Source: Zygnema circumcarinatum SAG 698-1b (Eukaryota > Plantae > Zygnematophyceae). Taken from it: a DNA stretch of 64,000 bases. Position 1 is the first letter of the stretch; the number at the start of each line of letters is the position of its first letter. The stretch covers positions 62,001 through 126,000 of the forward strand of contig CM074821.1 in assembly GCA_037447605.1 (NCBI GenBank), read 5' to 3'. Shown here piece by piece: positions 1 through 15,108 of the stretch. The translations under genes were made by a program, and so were the position numbers. The notes under the pieces were generated by a model. The model was given only the letters and a program-made list of their open reading frames with translations. It was not told the DNA's origin and made no database searches.

Positions 1-3000
1 ATGCACGAGGGCAAATAAGAGCAAGTCAGCTCATGCTAGAACATGGTCGGTTGTACAAACCATCTCAGCAATAGAGTTGCTGTTGCATATGTTCGAAGAC
101 TTTCCGCAAAGTAGCTCCTAGGCTCGTTATATCTGTCAAAATATGTCTACTCATGCGCTATGCTGAATGGCAAGTTCATGTCAAGTGAATGCGACTGTTC
201 AGGTTCCCAGCAGTGAAGGTTACACAGGTGGCAACACACACTGGCATCTGATGACGTCCCTAGGCCCCTTGGCTTTAAAAGTTACTTTGTTAAATAGTGC
301 AAACGCTGCATGAGCGACCTGTTACACGGTTATCTAGCTAAGCTGGCATGCACTAAAATGCATAAAATCAGCTGACATCGACAGAAGGTCTTCTGGTAAA
401 TGAAACAGCCTTGCCTTAAGAAGTGGAGCGACATGCGGTTTCATTTGCAAGGGACCACACCTCTGCACAAGCTGCGATATGAAGCGCGCCACCCCAACTC
501 TGCACCCTCACGTGATGCCATCTCTCATAAGCCCATTGCCCTACTCACAAAATCACCTTGTCAAGCACTCGAAAACTTGCAGTCTACCCAGTCCGCCGAA
601 CTCTGCAGGCGAAGTGCAATAAAAAAAAAGAACATGCAAACTATGCAAGCCAGCCAAGTAATCCCATGATCAGTGACAAATTTCCAGACATTCTTCACGC
701 CCCAATTCCTTCCATTGGCCACGATTTTCCTAAAATTTTCCAGTATTCTAGCTGCAGTGGCCCGGATGCAGGGTCTGACCGCGTGTTGAGGCCGACCCCC
801 GAGCGCGCCAGGTCCACGAGGCGCGGCGCGAGGGCGTCCAGCGTGGCAGCGTCCACGTGGCGCAGGCAGAGGTCCAGCGTGGCCCACATGGGGGAGCCGC
901 GCGCCACGCTCAGACGGGCAACCTCCAACTTGTGGGCGTCGATGCCAACTCGTTCCGCATGGAGCTGCGTTGCTCCATCACGCAGTCAGTTTCCGTTAAC
1001 GAGTTTCTATGGCGAGCATATTGTCAATGGTTAATTGCAAAAACTGCTGCACACATCCTACCCATGCAACACCTAGTGCAGATTGTGTATCTGCTGTGAT
1101 CGTGAAACATCATAACGTTCCATCACAATGCACAGCCGGCTCCATGAAGTTCTCTGATTATTGGAAAACTGGCAATACCTCAGCATAGTTGAGCGTTTGA
1201 TCTTCCAAGCTTGAAAGAGCTTCCAGCATGGCCGCTACTACATCGGGAAGCACCTCTCTCAACGCAGGCCCTGCTCCCTGCCAGCAGGCACAGGCAGCCA
1301 TGCCACAGGCAAACAAAGGCATTGGAGAGGCAAAATGTCATTGGAAGACGAGAAGTGGCCGGCCTCTTCCAGCAGGACTAAAAGACTTCATGCTGTGACA
1401 AGTTCAGATCATGCCTACCTTGGCAAGTTTAGAAATGGTGGTGAGGGAAAACTGTCGCACTGTTGTGACTGAGCTGAGAATTCCTTGGTTGAGAAGAATG
1501 GGAAAGACAATCCGACAAGTAGCACTCGCATCCTTCTGCGGAGTTAGACTCAAGTCGCCAAGTCTGATGGAGAGAGAACTGAGCGTTCTACAAAGTTTCT
1601 CCCCTGAGAGCCGCACTGACTCCTTGATGTCATCTGCCACTCGGAACGCCATGATCCACAGGTCGGCCAAGTAGGGAGACACCTATCCACAGAGGCCCAC
1701 ATAGAGGATAATTCACTATTTGAAAAGGCTTTCGTTATCCAATAATGTTGCTGGCATAGATGCATCAGCATACCTCATCAAAACGCCGAGAAGGCAGGAG
1801 ATCTGTGAGAGCTAAACAGGCCGACTCCCTTGCGCGCCATAGCCGAGAGCCTGCCTCCTTCAACAAATCCTGAAGACACAATCCACAGTTCGAACAATCA
1901 GACTTGCTATTCAACTTGCCATTCACACTCTTGACTTTTGACAGCAATAACCCCGAGTCAATAAAAGCAAAGGCGGGCTAAGTTCGCTTGCTACGCTCCC
2001 TATATCTTATCACTCCGCTCCCACTGCATGCTGCATCAGGGATAACTTCACAAAACCCCGTGTCACCCACTCTCACACAGACCTCATCCTGATTTACGAA
2101 ACCTAAAGCTGGAATGACGTTCGAAGAAACGGACGATTCCTGGGTGATAGAGCCTTGCCTCCATAATGCCAGCCCAATGCTGGTCAATTGTTTTCTTAGG
2201 TTCGGCAATGAGAGCCCGCCAAATGTGCGCCATAGCATCCTGAATGGCCTTTGAAGGATCGTAGCGGTGGCGCAGAAGCTTTGGCACAAGAGCTCCAAGA
2301 TGAGGCTGTAGCGCTTCTCCGGCCTGCTTCGCTATCTTGGCGAAGCCGAAAGCAGCTCCCCGCCGTGAGTTCAAAGAGGCCTAGCAAAATGCGAGTCAAG
2401 TAGAAAATGTTCGGCGTATAGCTCTAGTTTCTTTCTTTCACCATACGCAAGGGGAGTGAAGCGTGAGAGACCCTATGCTAGTCAGGAGAGAAGCTTCAGA
2501 GTAGAATGCATGATGGTGCAGGGTAGAGAATGGCAAACTAAATAGTTATCTACAACGCACTTGACTACTGGAATCCCGAGAAAAATGTAGGATACAGCCA
2601 GGTACAGGTGTACATTATCATTTTGCAAATCGAAGTGATACAATCAAAAAATTGTAATGGTATACTCTCCTAACAAGTCAGACCACAGGGTAACAGGGCC
2701 CTTACTGTGCTAGGAGCACCTGCAGCAACAGGTTTGTGGAATGTTACATCCATATACATTTCAGTGCGGAGTAGGACAAACCTGATAATTAGCCAGGTCC
2801 ATGAACTTGTAAATAAGGTCCGGCTGTCCCATGTCTGTCGCCAAGGTACAAAGCTCCTTGTAGGTGTTCAAACTCCCGCCCCCCGGTGCCTTCCCAAGGG
2901 CATCATCACTGAATACCTCACTCTCCTCCATCAACTGCCACATTAAACCAAATGATCAAATGCAACCCATAATCAGATCGTCAATCCGTGTCCATTCCTC

Positions 3001-6000
3001 GACGAGTTCTCGTCGTTTTGCCAATCAGTGCAATAGTAAAGTAAGCTCACCTTAACGGCGCGCTTCTTCCGAGCAGACCCCGACAGAGCTCCCACTAGGG
3101 CCTCCACCAGCTGCTCGCGCAAAGGCGCGTCTGCGAGATTGTACACAAGGCTCATACCTCTGCTCGCCATTTCCTGTGTCAACTCATGGCTGTCCGCCAG
3201 CAGATTGGAGAAAGCTTCCTACCCGCCACCGAAGGCAGCCACACAATAAACAGCTCAAGTTCAGGGAAAGATTTGGCATGGACACGACGAATCACAGAAA
3301 AAAAAGCGGACTCACATAACGTCCTGGAATGACATGAAAAGCAGCAAGAAGACCCACGACTGCTTAAAAATGGAAAGAAAGGCGTAATGAGGGAAGGCAA
3401 TGGTCATCCCTCCCTCCTGAGTGAGGCAAGCTACCTGGATATCAGGAAGCAGAGCCTGAATAGACGGAGAATGTCCCGAATACGTGACGAGCGACAACAT
3501 CCAGACAGCGCCCGCACAGCGCTCTTCCTTTCGTGCGGACAGAAGGAGCTCATTCAACAGCTTTCCTTTGATCGCATCTTGCACCGCAGCGTTGCCATGA
3601 GCCTCCGGCGTGTTCTCGGTCATGACAATTTCGCGAGATTCGTCAACTTCAGATGCCAGGAAATTGTAAGAGGCGGTGAGGGATATGAAAGGCGTCCGTA
3701 GAAATGTGTCAGCAGTGACATTGTTCAGACCTCCCCATATTAGGGATAGGCTTTCTCCAACAGCGAAAAGCACATCTTCTGCCTGAGGCCAACTCACACA
3801 ATACATGCATTTGTGATATGTGAGTAGTCCAAGCACTGAACACTCCCTTCATGCCCTCCAACCGGACATGAGATTGCCCTCGTAGTAACATGGCCTTCTC
3901 GTCGAGTGCATACAGGTAAAAGAAACGGTTGGTCGTACCTTAGATCGCGCGAGGGGAAACAGCGCATCGAGCACGGCGGCTGCCAGTGGCGGCTCTCCGT
4001 GGCAGAGATGGCCCAGAGCGAGGACGGCAGATTGGACCACCTTCACATCGCTGCTCGCCAGCAGTTCGCTCAGCCGCTTCACAACTCGTCTCCCGGAAAT
4101 AGAAGCAGCGCTCACTCCTGAAGAAGCTTCTGCTTTGGCAGCAGCAGCAGTGTCTTGTCCAGAGGCTGACCCTTGTTCTGAGCAGCTCAGCCGGCCACCT
4201 TCAGAGAGAAGAATGGGACCACGCAGTCCGATGTGACCAAGGGCCTCTCCTGCAGTCTTCGACAAGCCTTCGGATGCGTCCTCCAAAACAGCGACCAAGG
4301 CATCTGCAGTCGCTTCTTGCACATTGGAATCCACCTGCAATCACCCACATCCAAGGAAGGATTGCACTCTGGAACGAAGCAAGTACGCTCTCGAACGAAT
4401 ATTACTATTGACGATGGCCACCAAAAAGACCACAAAGGGGCAGGTTGGATGTTTGGGAAGCTTGCAAAAAGATGGCATCGTCAAGTCACAAAACTAGAAA
4501 GCTGGCACAACAACAAATTCGGCCACTTTGAGTCTAAAAGCAGGGCGCTGACACGGGGCAATGCCTTCAGCTCGTCATCCTGCTGCTATTGTAACTAAAA
4601 GACAAAAACTATGTCCGTTTCACAAAAGACAACAGGCATCTATCAAAAAAGATACCAATTCAATGGAATACTCTGCGCAGGCCATGCACGACAATTTTTT
4701 TTACAGAGCAATCTGCAACTGAGTGCCGACATTACCATGGGGCGTCCTGTTCGCACTTGCGCGAGCACATAGCCGGCTGCGCTTAGTCCTCCCGCGATCT
4801 CTTCCAGTCTGCATCGCCCCTCACGACAGCACAATAAACTTCATCAAGAAACAATCACAGGATTAGCGGACATACTATCGAGTACTTGCGGCCAGGAAAA
4901 CGTTACATACACCAGGTTCAGAAATACATATCGAGCTGGAAGCATGAACGCAGACACGATCACAGAAACAGCTATAAAGTACGTAAAAGAGCTCATGTAA
5001 TTCAAAAAAGAGCTATCGACGTTAAACTTGACACAAGCTATGAAGTGTCCACTACCATGACTGCGACTGTTGAGCATGGGAGCATCACCAATCTAGCATA
5101 CCTGTATTTTCCGGAGGAGTGCAACTTGGCAGGTGCTACGAGCTCCTGCAGAAGCTCAGTGGCTACATCCGGCCTCAACGCCTGACTGGTTATTCCCAAA
5201 ACACGCGCGACCGTCTCCCTTGTGCTTGCATCCGCATGGCTCAAGAACTGCTTCAGCCAGGATAACCTCCCAGCATATTCACGGGCAATTGCCTGAACAC
5301 AAACATAACGGATGAATGCATGTTAGCATCGTAAGGCCATCCCTTCAAACATTGTCTACAATGTCAAAATAGACCATTGGATAGATGCTGGAGTTATCCT
5401 GCCACTGTCACGGTGAGAAAACAAACACAGTCACCGCTCGTTCTCGATTCTGAAGGAAACTGAATGAATGAATGAATTAGACGGATTAATTTTACGTATA
5501 GGCAAACATATGAGGAGCCCAACATAGAAAGTCCGATGGTTGACAAAGATAAACTGTAATCAACTGCCATCACCTCGGGATAGTCAGCCGCCAATTCCAA
5601 AAGACCTTGGGCGGCCATAGCATGCAATGCCCACGAGCCATCCCGTGCCAGCCCGTGCTCCAAAATTAGTCGATACTGTTCATTGGGCCCTCCCTTCGCC
5701 TCTCCCTCGCCATTCTGCTCGCCTGCGGAGTGGAGTCCTTGCGTCTGATGGACTCTTTGAAGGAACTTGAGCATGGCAGCGTATGTGGCGGAAGGGAACA
5801 TGAGCGTCTGTTCTCCGACCGGCGAGGGCGCCATAATCTGCGGCCGCTGCTGCACAATGCACGCCGCCATGTCCGCCAGCGTCGGCAGGGCGATGGGGCG
5901 GCCCTCAGCCTCCTCCGATTCCAGGGGAAAAAGACCTCGCTCTGCCAGTTCTCTGTGAGAGATTGAAAGGGAAATGATGAGTTTCTGCAGCTGTATGAAC

Positions 6001-9000
6001 AAGATTCGCAACAAGAGACTGGAGGATGTGTCTTTCAAGGCTTTGTCCGAATAATAAGCAGAAATCTGGATCAATCCATAGACCGTCTGTGAATGACGTT
6101 TGGTTTAACAGTGCCAGAGTGAGCGTGGCTATAGTGGTCTTGTCATGACCGCATGTCGACGACTGTGCAGGAAGCATTGCAAGTCCTCAGGGCTACGCTG
6201 AGTAGCATGGAGTTCCAAAGTGAATAGCGAGAGAGAGAGCGAGAGAGAGCTACGGAGCAAACTTAATTTCAGTATACCACTCTGCAGCCTTTCCAACGTG
6301 CAGAGAATGTGTCAAAGAGTGGGAGGGGACGAAGTGCTCAGAGTGATTTGAAGTATTTCTTCTTGTCAAGTCACATGACGGTACTACCTATCAAAAGCAA
6401 AAGTTCAAATCGCATAGTGGAAAACACTGGTCAAAATAACGTGCAGGGACAGAGCACCTTATTTCCAGTTTTTTGTCTCCACATCCCAATATGCAAATGT
6501 AACGCGCCGACGCATGCGTCGGAGGAAACAGGCGACAAGCCCACTGCACGGCGCAGAATCGAGCTGCATCCTCTGTCTGCGAAATACGCAAAGCAAACAC
6601 TCCTCCACGAAATGCATCATGGCTTACAGAATCGTATTCATCCTAACGAAATGAACGATGTGATGCGATTCATTCTGCGATGCAGTAAAGAGCCCGACGA
6701 AATATACAGGCTTGGCAAGGATCTTCTAGTCATGTTCCCTTTCTTCCTGTTCAACAATAACTAGCCAAGTATTCTAGTAACTACTTTGGTGGAGTAATAT
6801 AAGACGCTTCGATTTTAAAATCGCAGCAAAAACAATTTTCAAAATATGTAGCCATCGAACTTCATTTCCAGGGGTGCCATAGAGATAGGGGACGAGGCAT
6901 ACCGCTGCCACGTTCTCGAGGAGAAGGGCCTCAATCTCGCGGTTCACATCGTCCACACATCCCTGCATAAGGAGCATACATCAAAATTATTTGTGATGGA
7001 AAAGCAAGACCAAGCGACCCATTCTGTAAACCACAGAAACCTGTGAAAGGGCTGCATGTTCCGCATGCGGCCCAGTCAGTCAGTTGCTTTGCTAAAGCAG
7101 AGTAAATCCAGTAACGTAAGCAAACGAGTTCCCATCAGAATAGCTTCCAATGAAATCAATAATTTTTAGTCTGTTGATTTCACTTATTTGCAACAAGTTG
7201 CACGACAGGTCTACCTACAGTAGTAACCTGACCAATTCAGGCTGCTCACTAACAGACCAGCTCAGCCTCAAGCTCCACAGCGGCAGTCGAATAACAGACA
7301 ACCATAGATCAAAGAAACAAAAAGAAGAGAAAAGAGAATTGCCATAAAATCAAATTGAGCTTACATCATACCGTGAGAAAGCCTTCCGCTCTACGACATG
7401 TCATACACATTAAGACCATTATCAACTGTCGACTCATCTCCTTTATAAAATCAATTTGTTCCTCATTGGTCCGATTAGTGAAGCGACGTCATGCGTTAGA
7501 ACCAATGCTAAGCAAGGAGTGTTCACAAGGAAAGCTTCTTACTTGGTAAGCCCCTGAGAGGGCCGACACTGCCTCCTGCAGCACGGACTGGGTCGAAGCC
7601 GCTTCCTTGCGCAGCGCAGTGAACAGAGTCACTGCCATTTGAGCAGACCCCCTGCAAACAGAACATGCACGAGTTGTTCTCATTGAAATGCCCGCTCTGA
7701 ACCCGTCAATGGAAGCAATGCCCCTCTCAGCACAGGGAATGCTTGACTCACATGTAAGGTCGCTCGCACAAGCAGCTTCTTACAGGTTCAAGAGACATAG
7801 GTTCAGAGAAGATGGAGAGATTAAGGATCCGAGACGACAGAATACCTAAAGAGATGGGGCGCCCTCTGTGCGAGCTGGCCCACAGCCTGAAAGGTGAAGG
7901 CACGCAGCTGCTGCACCGCCTTGTCTGACCCAACGACCCGCCCCGGCAGAGAGATTTGCTGCAATAAGGGGATTATCAAGGTCTGCCGTTCGTACGCATG
8001 AAAATTCGACTAAATGGACGCTGAGAAAATGGACTGAGCGACAGCGAAGGTAACATGCATTGCTGTAATGTGAATGTGGTAATTAATCGACAACTGGCGC
8101 AACCAAGCCTTACTGGGACAGGTCTGAATGAAAAAATAAATAGCAAAAGCTTAACGCGCACCAGAATCGTTAGCATTGGACTCCTCTAGCAACTTCATGA
8201 GGCCCGATAGAATCACAGGTGCCATGGGCTTCAGCTGCTCCTCCGTTGCCTGCAACTCAGAGCAGAAATTAGACGTAGGACAAAAAGAAAGCATACAAAC
8301 CACTTGCGGATGACCCAACAACGAAAAGCCATTTCATTTTAACTCATCCACCAGCTGCATATAGGAAAAAGGTGCAGGATGCAAACTCATTTCAATTTTA
8401 AAGAAACTTGTCAGGGATCGAATCCATCAGGGTCTCAGAACCCTGCAGCCTAACTCACATGTTTGAAGACCCACACCTGCGAACACCCCACAAAGATGAA
8501 AAAAACAAGGTCAACACATGACGTGAGTCATTGGCTACACCATTTCTGCAGCACTGCGTAAAGAAGCTCACGCACTCCTAAACACGTGACCCATTTTGCT
8601 TTTTGGCAACAGACTCCCTCCACAGCAGCCTTACTCAGGCGCCAGTCAGATAACCTTTGAGGCCAGGCTCTCCAAAAAGAAGAGATTCACAAAACAAGCC
8701 TACAGGAAGTGAGCCCCTTTTCTGCCCGAAGCTCACCGCAAACTCCATTCCTGACTGCTTCAGTCTCATCGTTGCGCCCTCCCCTGTCGGCCCAGTCCAT
8801 ATTATGCCAATCAGAATGATCCTTTGAACCTATATGCAGCATCCACAACAATGCACTAGGCATGCAGGACAATCACCGCTAGGCCTGGCTTCTACCTCAT
8901 GTGCCACACCCTAAGAAAGGAGGACAACTAGTGTTCTCCTTGACTTTAGGCCAGTCAAACTTTTGCTCTTGCGTTGCCCGATCCCTTCAAAAATAATCTC

Positions 9001-12000
9001 ACACCATTCAAGTATCATGGTATAGTCGAGCCTATAAGACGTTGAAAGGGTTGACACCAGGAAACAAGCGTTCTGATAAAAGGCAAACTGCACTTTATAT
9101 GGAAAGAGCCTCGTGATTGAAGAAAAACGAATAAAGTGCGAACACCAAGGGCCTCTCATGGGTTGCTGCTCCACCTACAAACACATTAGCATGTATACAA
9201 GCAACGCTTTTGACTCTCCTATTTGTTCCAGTCAGACTTTCCTTCTCAAAGCAAAACGCAAAGACACACCCTGCCCCACATGAGGAATTAAACAATGTTA
9301 TAATGAAGCAATTAGCAAGCGAAAAGCCAAACCACCTCCGGGGCTGTAACGGACCATAGACGGAGTCGAAGACCACCTGCAGCGTGGCAGGGAAGCAGTT
9401 GGCGGCTGCCGCGGAGTGCGTGAGCGCCCCCAGCAGCCGCAGCTTCAGCGTGAGCCCCGCAGCCGCCCTGCGCCGCGCGTCCCCTGCAGCCGGGGCTCCC
9501 ACCGTGCCTGCATGCATACCCAGCAAAGAAATGGCAGATATGGCGGGTTGCATCCAGGCACGTGCGGGTAGAAGGGTACTCCATGCCGGCAAATCTATGT
9601 CGTTCTAGAAGCAGAGTTCCGCTCAAATCTTTTCTTTGGTTCCTAGGTCATTTGGGACCGGTTCACATTACAAGTGAACTAGTGTTGTCACTGGTGTTGT
9701 GAACTAGTGTTGTGCTGTTGTGCTGTTGTGCTGTGTTGTAATTAGTGTTCTCGTCGTCCATGTACATTTAATGGCACGCCATCACGAAATCAATGCCAAT
9801 TCATAAACAGTGACAACGACAATGAACAATGAACAATGACAATGAAAGGTTCATTGCAGCCGTGCAGACTAAAGATCAGACTGGCTGATCATGTCCAGGA
9901 ATTTGAATGCAAGTGCTCCCAAGAACAGAGGTAAACCAGGGATTTCACAGGCAGTGATTTTCAAAGGCTGTTTCTTAAAAATTAAAGCAGCAAAGAGCGC
10001 ATTAAGTAAGGACCTCCACGAAGAGTCAAAGCGTGGTCTTGACTCTTGTTCCTTGTGGGTCTAAAGATGCACTGAAGATGCTCACTGAGTTGGAACGATT
10101 AAAGTTGGAACCGAAAGTAGATAGTACACTTTTTACCTGATACCAATGCGTTAATCTTAGACTGCCACATTTAAGAACATAATAAAGAATTCGATACATA
10201 CGCACCTTGAAACAATGAAAATATCTGGCGCACAAGGCTGAAATCTTCCAAATTCACTGAACCTCCTGTGCGTTTTAGCAGCTCCTCTGCTTTCCGTGCG
10301 ACGCGATCTTCACTGTGATTGCAGCACCAGTATCAACCCAGTGATCAGTACGCCCTGTTTCTCCAATTCAGCCAAGGAACACACGGCTTAAGACTCTGAA
10401 CCATGCGATTTGGCCACCAAAAGGTATTGATTCTCTTTTTCATTCATCCTGTACGCGTGTTTACATAATGTTTACTGCTGGCCATAAATTCGTAAATGCC
10501 TTTGACCTGGATTCGCCAGTTGATATCATAGCAGCATTTTAGATTTCATCACAAAAGCTCCATTTTTAATACCTGTCAGTTGTTGCAACGAGGAGTTGAA
10601 GATATAGGTCCGCACTTGACAGTTGCAAGGCAGAATTGAAATTCATAATGGCCACCTGGAACCCGTGCCCTTATAGAAACAATGAGACCTACCATCGGCA
10701 GACAAGAAGAGCAGCCAGCTTCGCATAAACATCGACAACTGAAGGTCACTTGCGTCATAACTTTTTGAAACGGCTGCGAAACAAGTGACTGTCAAGAGAA
10801 TGTTCAAGCTCACAGTGGAGCGAAGAGGGTTAAGAAGAACACGGCCTGAGAATTGGCGCATTTTCAACGGATAAGCCGAACGACAGGAATAGAGAAATGT
10901 AACGGAATGAAAAAACAAAAACATGTACAAAGAAACACAAAGTGCGTACCTTCTGCGTGGCAAGTCTCTCCCCTCTAAGAGCGGCTGTCTGCTTCGCATT
11001 TCCTGCCACTCGCTGAGCTTGTTCTAGAGACAGGCCAGGCGGAGGAGATGGACTTTGCCTGCATACATCATCACAAGAAAGCGACTATCAAGCTTTTTCT
11101 TACACCAAAGTTCATACTTGAGCTACTCAGATTTTAACTCCGCAACAACAATTTTCACCGCAATAAAAGAGTGAAAAAAGAATAGCAGCTAGGAAAAGAA
11201 TATGAACCTGGCCGTGATGATTGGTCAAAAAGCGGCTGGAGATAAAAGAGTTAGACTTGACCCCATACCCCTCCGCAGCTATGGTCTGGGGGCGATAGAG
11301 CAGTGTATGCAGGCAAAACTCAAGCCACAGCTTGCCGTCCTCGCCCTGTTTCAGGAAAGCGAAGCGCTCAGCCACCAATTCATTGATTCCATTCCTTTCA
11401 GCACCTAATGGCTCCAGGCCCTGCAAACCAGCAAAACCCTCCCATAAATCGCCCATCAGTGAATAGTACACGTATTGTAAACCACCATGTCTTCCTAAAA
11501 AGGAGACGATGACAGGAGGAAAACATACTGCTGATGGCATAAACAAGCATCTGATTACGTCCAAAATATACTACTGCAATCTCTCTCCATGACAACTTCT
11601 TGCTTGAAGCAAATTTATCTGGAAGTAGAAAAAATGAGACAAAATTACTTCTCAACAGAATGTGGATTCTCTTATAGCAGCTGCAATGCAATTCAAGTCC
11701 CGCGACTTATGATTGCCTGACTGACAGCTGACAGCTTCCAGCTCGATGATTTGGGTAAGCCAAACGCACGCATTCCATCAAATACCGTTTCGAGTGACTG
11801 AAAAGAAACTCTGACAGATTCCAATCCTATAGGAATTTCGGAATCAACACCCTATCAATAGCTACCCCGTCCTACGTGACAAAGAAACTGAAAAACGTGT
11901 GAGCAGGCTTGGCCATTCTTCTCCAGCAAACCAGACCCAAAACCAGGGTGCGACTCTCCCGGATAGTCGCCATACAGAGGTCCGAGATGTATTGAGATTC

Positions 12001-13243
12001 TTTGGAAACAATATCTACAAGGACGCTCACCATGGCTGCAATGCGAAGTAGCATGCCTTGGTGTTGAACAGGTCGAGTAGCGACGCCTTGGAAAATATCT
12101 GGAAGAACCGCAAAACGCAATTCGGTCGCTGCCCGCTCAAATGCCATCTCCGTGTACACCTGGCAAGCCAATTCCCCTAGCTCATGGTTGGCATCTTGCA
12201 AATAATTGCTGCATCAAATATACCGTTCTGTTCCTCAGTTCGTATAAGGAATTTAACATTGCATGATGCCTATCTGTATCCACGTATAAATTGGCTTGAG
12301 CTCCCAACAGGTACGCAGCCCAAGTTCCACCACGACGAATGCTCCATAAGCATCATCGTTGACAATATACTCTCAACACTGCTCTCAGTTTAGAAACTAA
12401 CACTGCACTTGAAAAGGATTTGCTTCTGATGTTTCAGTTCATCATTGGGACCCAAACAATCGCTTGTCTCCCAACAAGGGAAGGCAACACAGGGTAAGCT
12501 ACTCTAATAAATGTATCCCGAACGATGTATGTTGAGGTTTAAACCGTTTCCGAAATATTTATCCCTGGCATCGGCCCTGTGACTACAGGCACTTTTCAGT
12601 AAGATAGTTGGGATGCCTGCATACCATAGCAAAATTAAAGACCATGGGTACGGTGGCAGATACGGGAGACCTATAAAGAGCCAGCAGCTCCTCTAATGGC
12701 AATTTGATTTGGGAGTGATCACGGACGCGCTTGTTGATATGGGTAAGCATCTCCAAGACCTGCATAAAAACAAAAGTAAATAAGCTTATTTCTTACTAAT
12801 CGTGACGAATTTATATTGCAGAAACGGGAAACAGGAATACATGCAAACATGACCACATAATGAGTGTCCACAAATTGGTATCGAATAAGCTATGTTGTTT
12901 CAAACTAGTGTCGTCAACTTTTCAGATATGACATTATGTTTTTTAAGTCCCCTGCTACAAGTTTCAAGGGGCATGGCCCCGGTAAACAGGTTGCGGGTAA
13001 ACAGGTCCCATCGGGGCTCAAGGTTACAAGCAAATTCCAAGTTAGCAAAGCAAACTGCACCTTTTTCCGGGACGCTTCATGAGGAGAGGCAAACCGTCCG
13101 ATTGCCAGCGGCAGAAGCTTGCTGAGAACCTTTTCCAGCTTGTCATCCTCAGTGAGGGCCAGCCGCGTGAGGAGGCGGTCCAAGCTTGCAACCTCCTCCC
13201 TGGAGGCAGCGCCAGCAGCAGCATCCTCAGTCTGTCCGTCCAT
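1..13243 (-). CDS. ECM29: Proteasome adaptor and scaffold protein ECM29, multi-exon; 3' end lies beyond position 1
   Basis: Exon peptides [154 protein letters not shown] and [16 protein letters not shown] match HEAT-repeat ECM29 as I recall it. Exons are bounded by splice sites. The span is the gene, not a single ORF. Confidence 0.95.
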
Positions 13244-15108
13244 TCTCCCCCCTCTCCTCCCTCCCTCCTTCCCGACGCAGGGCGAGCGAGGCGAGTGAGG
13301 CTAGCGGCCACGGCTGCTCATGGTCACGGGCCCACGGCACGCGCCCCCACTCCGCTCCGCGCCCCGCGCGATGACCTGGCCGTTGACCGTTGACCGTTGC
13401 CCGCTGGCGCCGCTGCTACAGCGTACGACGGTCTGGCTGTAGCGGCAGCTGTACCTGTACCATTAGGCGCGCTACAGCCGTACAGGCATGGCGCTGCCAC
13501 AGTTTAGAGGGAGGCACGAGCAGGTGCTTCTCCAACAATGTGGCCGCCTCCTCTCGACCCATATCCCGCCCTTCTCTACACTGCATCTCCCCCCCCGTCC
13601 GACGCCCTCTCTACGTCTGTCTTGCTCCTGTCCGCTTCCCGACCGGTCCTGGTTTCTGCACATCCACGCGTTTATCGAGTTGCTGCCTCACTTGCCTCTG
13701 TCACCAGAGACGATTGCCAAGTTTACAAACAGTTCGTGACTCACTTTCATCCGAGGGACTTCCCCTCTCCAGTTCGAACGCGTGTGTGCACGACACTCCA
13801 CGTTTTGCTAACTAAATTTCTGGCGCGCTTGGGGTTTAGAAAATACTATCCAAGTTTGTGACATTCTAAACCCCACCACGTGAAACAGAGTCAAGTTCAC
13901 GCTTTTATTTGCTTAAGATGGTTTGAACTTTGACCATAGAGCTAATCTCGATTCAACGAACTAGTCAGCGACCGACCGCGTGTGTTGTCAACACCATATA
14001 GCAGGGTACCATTTTCTGGCGGGAGAAACACAATTTCCAAAACTTTAAAACTAGCAATTCGGAGCTCCAGCAAAAACAAATCGAAAATGCAAAATAATAT
14101 ATTTGAGCGTGCATTCGAGACAACTATTCGTCATATCCTGAACTCTGGCACGGGAGACATCAGCTCGCGCGACATCTTCACGGTGCTCACTTTTTCTGTA
14201 TTTCCTGGCAGTGCTTGCAGGGCTTGCTTACAGCGGGGCATGGATGAAGATAACTCCAGCAGTCGGTCTCTTTTTGACGAACGCGGTTGGGATTGGGATT
14301 ACTTGCTGAAAGTGAGTATCAAGTTTGTTATTTATTATATTTAGCATATTCTTATCCATGTGCAGCGGCACGTTGCGATTTCTCACCGTTTACAAAAATG
14401 TGACTTCAGTACGGTTCTATGAGCCATGGGCCGTCAACACGGCCAAGGTCCTCGATTCAATTTCGGCGTGTTAACTACTGGATTTTTGCCCTTAAGTTCG
14501 CGTCTCACAAAGAGACGGGTAACTTGAAAACTACCACGGACGCGCGAAGCACGTGGTTCCATTCTCCACCTTAATTGAATACGACCGCTCTAAGTTTAAC
14601 CCCACTCAGCAAGTATTCACTTACAGGGATTCTATTGCATTGATAGGATAAAGACTTCCGTTTGAAAAAAAAATTAAAAAAAAAGGAAAAAAAAAAGGTT
14701 AACAAGTTACATAAATTGTAAGGTCCGGAAAATGCCATCACACGAACCACATGGGACGGCTGGGCGAGAAAGTCTACAGAAACAAATGAGTGGCGGCGGG
14801 AAAAACAGTCCCAGAAAATTGCAGGCGCAACCTTGACAACATTCTTAGTGTGAACAGGAATGCTCGAGGGGAGTGTAGGCCAGGGAGTCCAATGACGTGC
14901 CTGGGAGCTGCCCGGAATGAGCTGCATGCCATGCATGGGCAGCGTGTTGACTTCCAACAGAAAAACAAAACGGAACCACGCCTGCCCCTGCGCTGCGCTT
15001 CGCCCACAGAAGGGTCTGCCTGCCTGCACGAGTGCGCCAAGGCTCACTCCCTCTCCCGCCAGCAGCAAGGCGACACGTGGCTTTCTGCCCGGACCCAGCA
15101 GAGAGGGC

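Noticed and set aside
9676-9845. Short tandem repeats in an ECM29 intron (GTGAACTAGTGTTGT, TGTGCTGT, AATGAAC)
   Set aside because: Ordinary intronic slippage repeats with no unique spacers; not CRISPR-like.
13831-13874. 11-bp inverted repeat GGGGTTTAGAA/TTCTAAACCCC
   Set aside because: Real but single, small and without a clear TSD; cannot assign a function.
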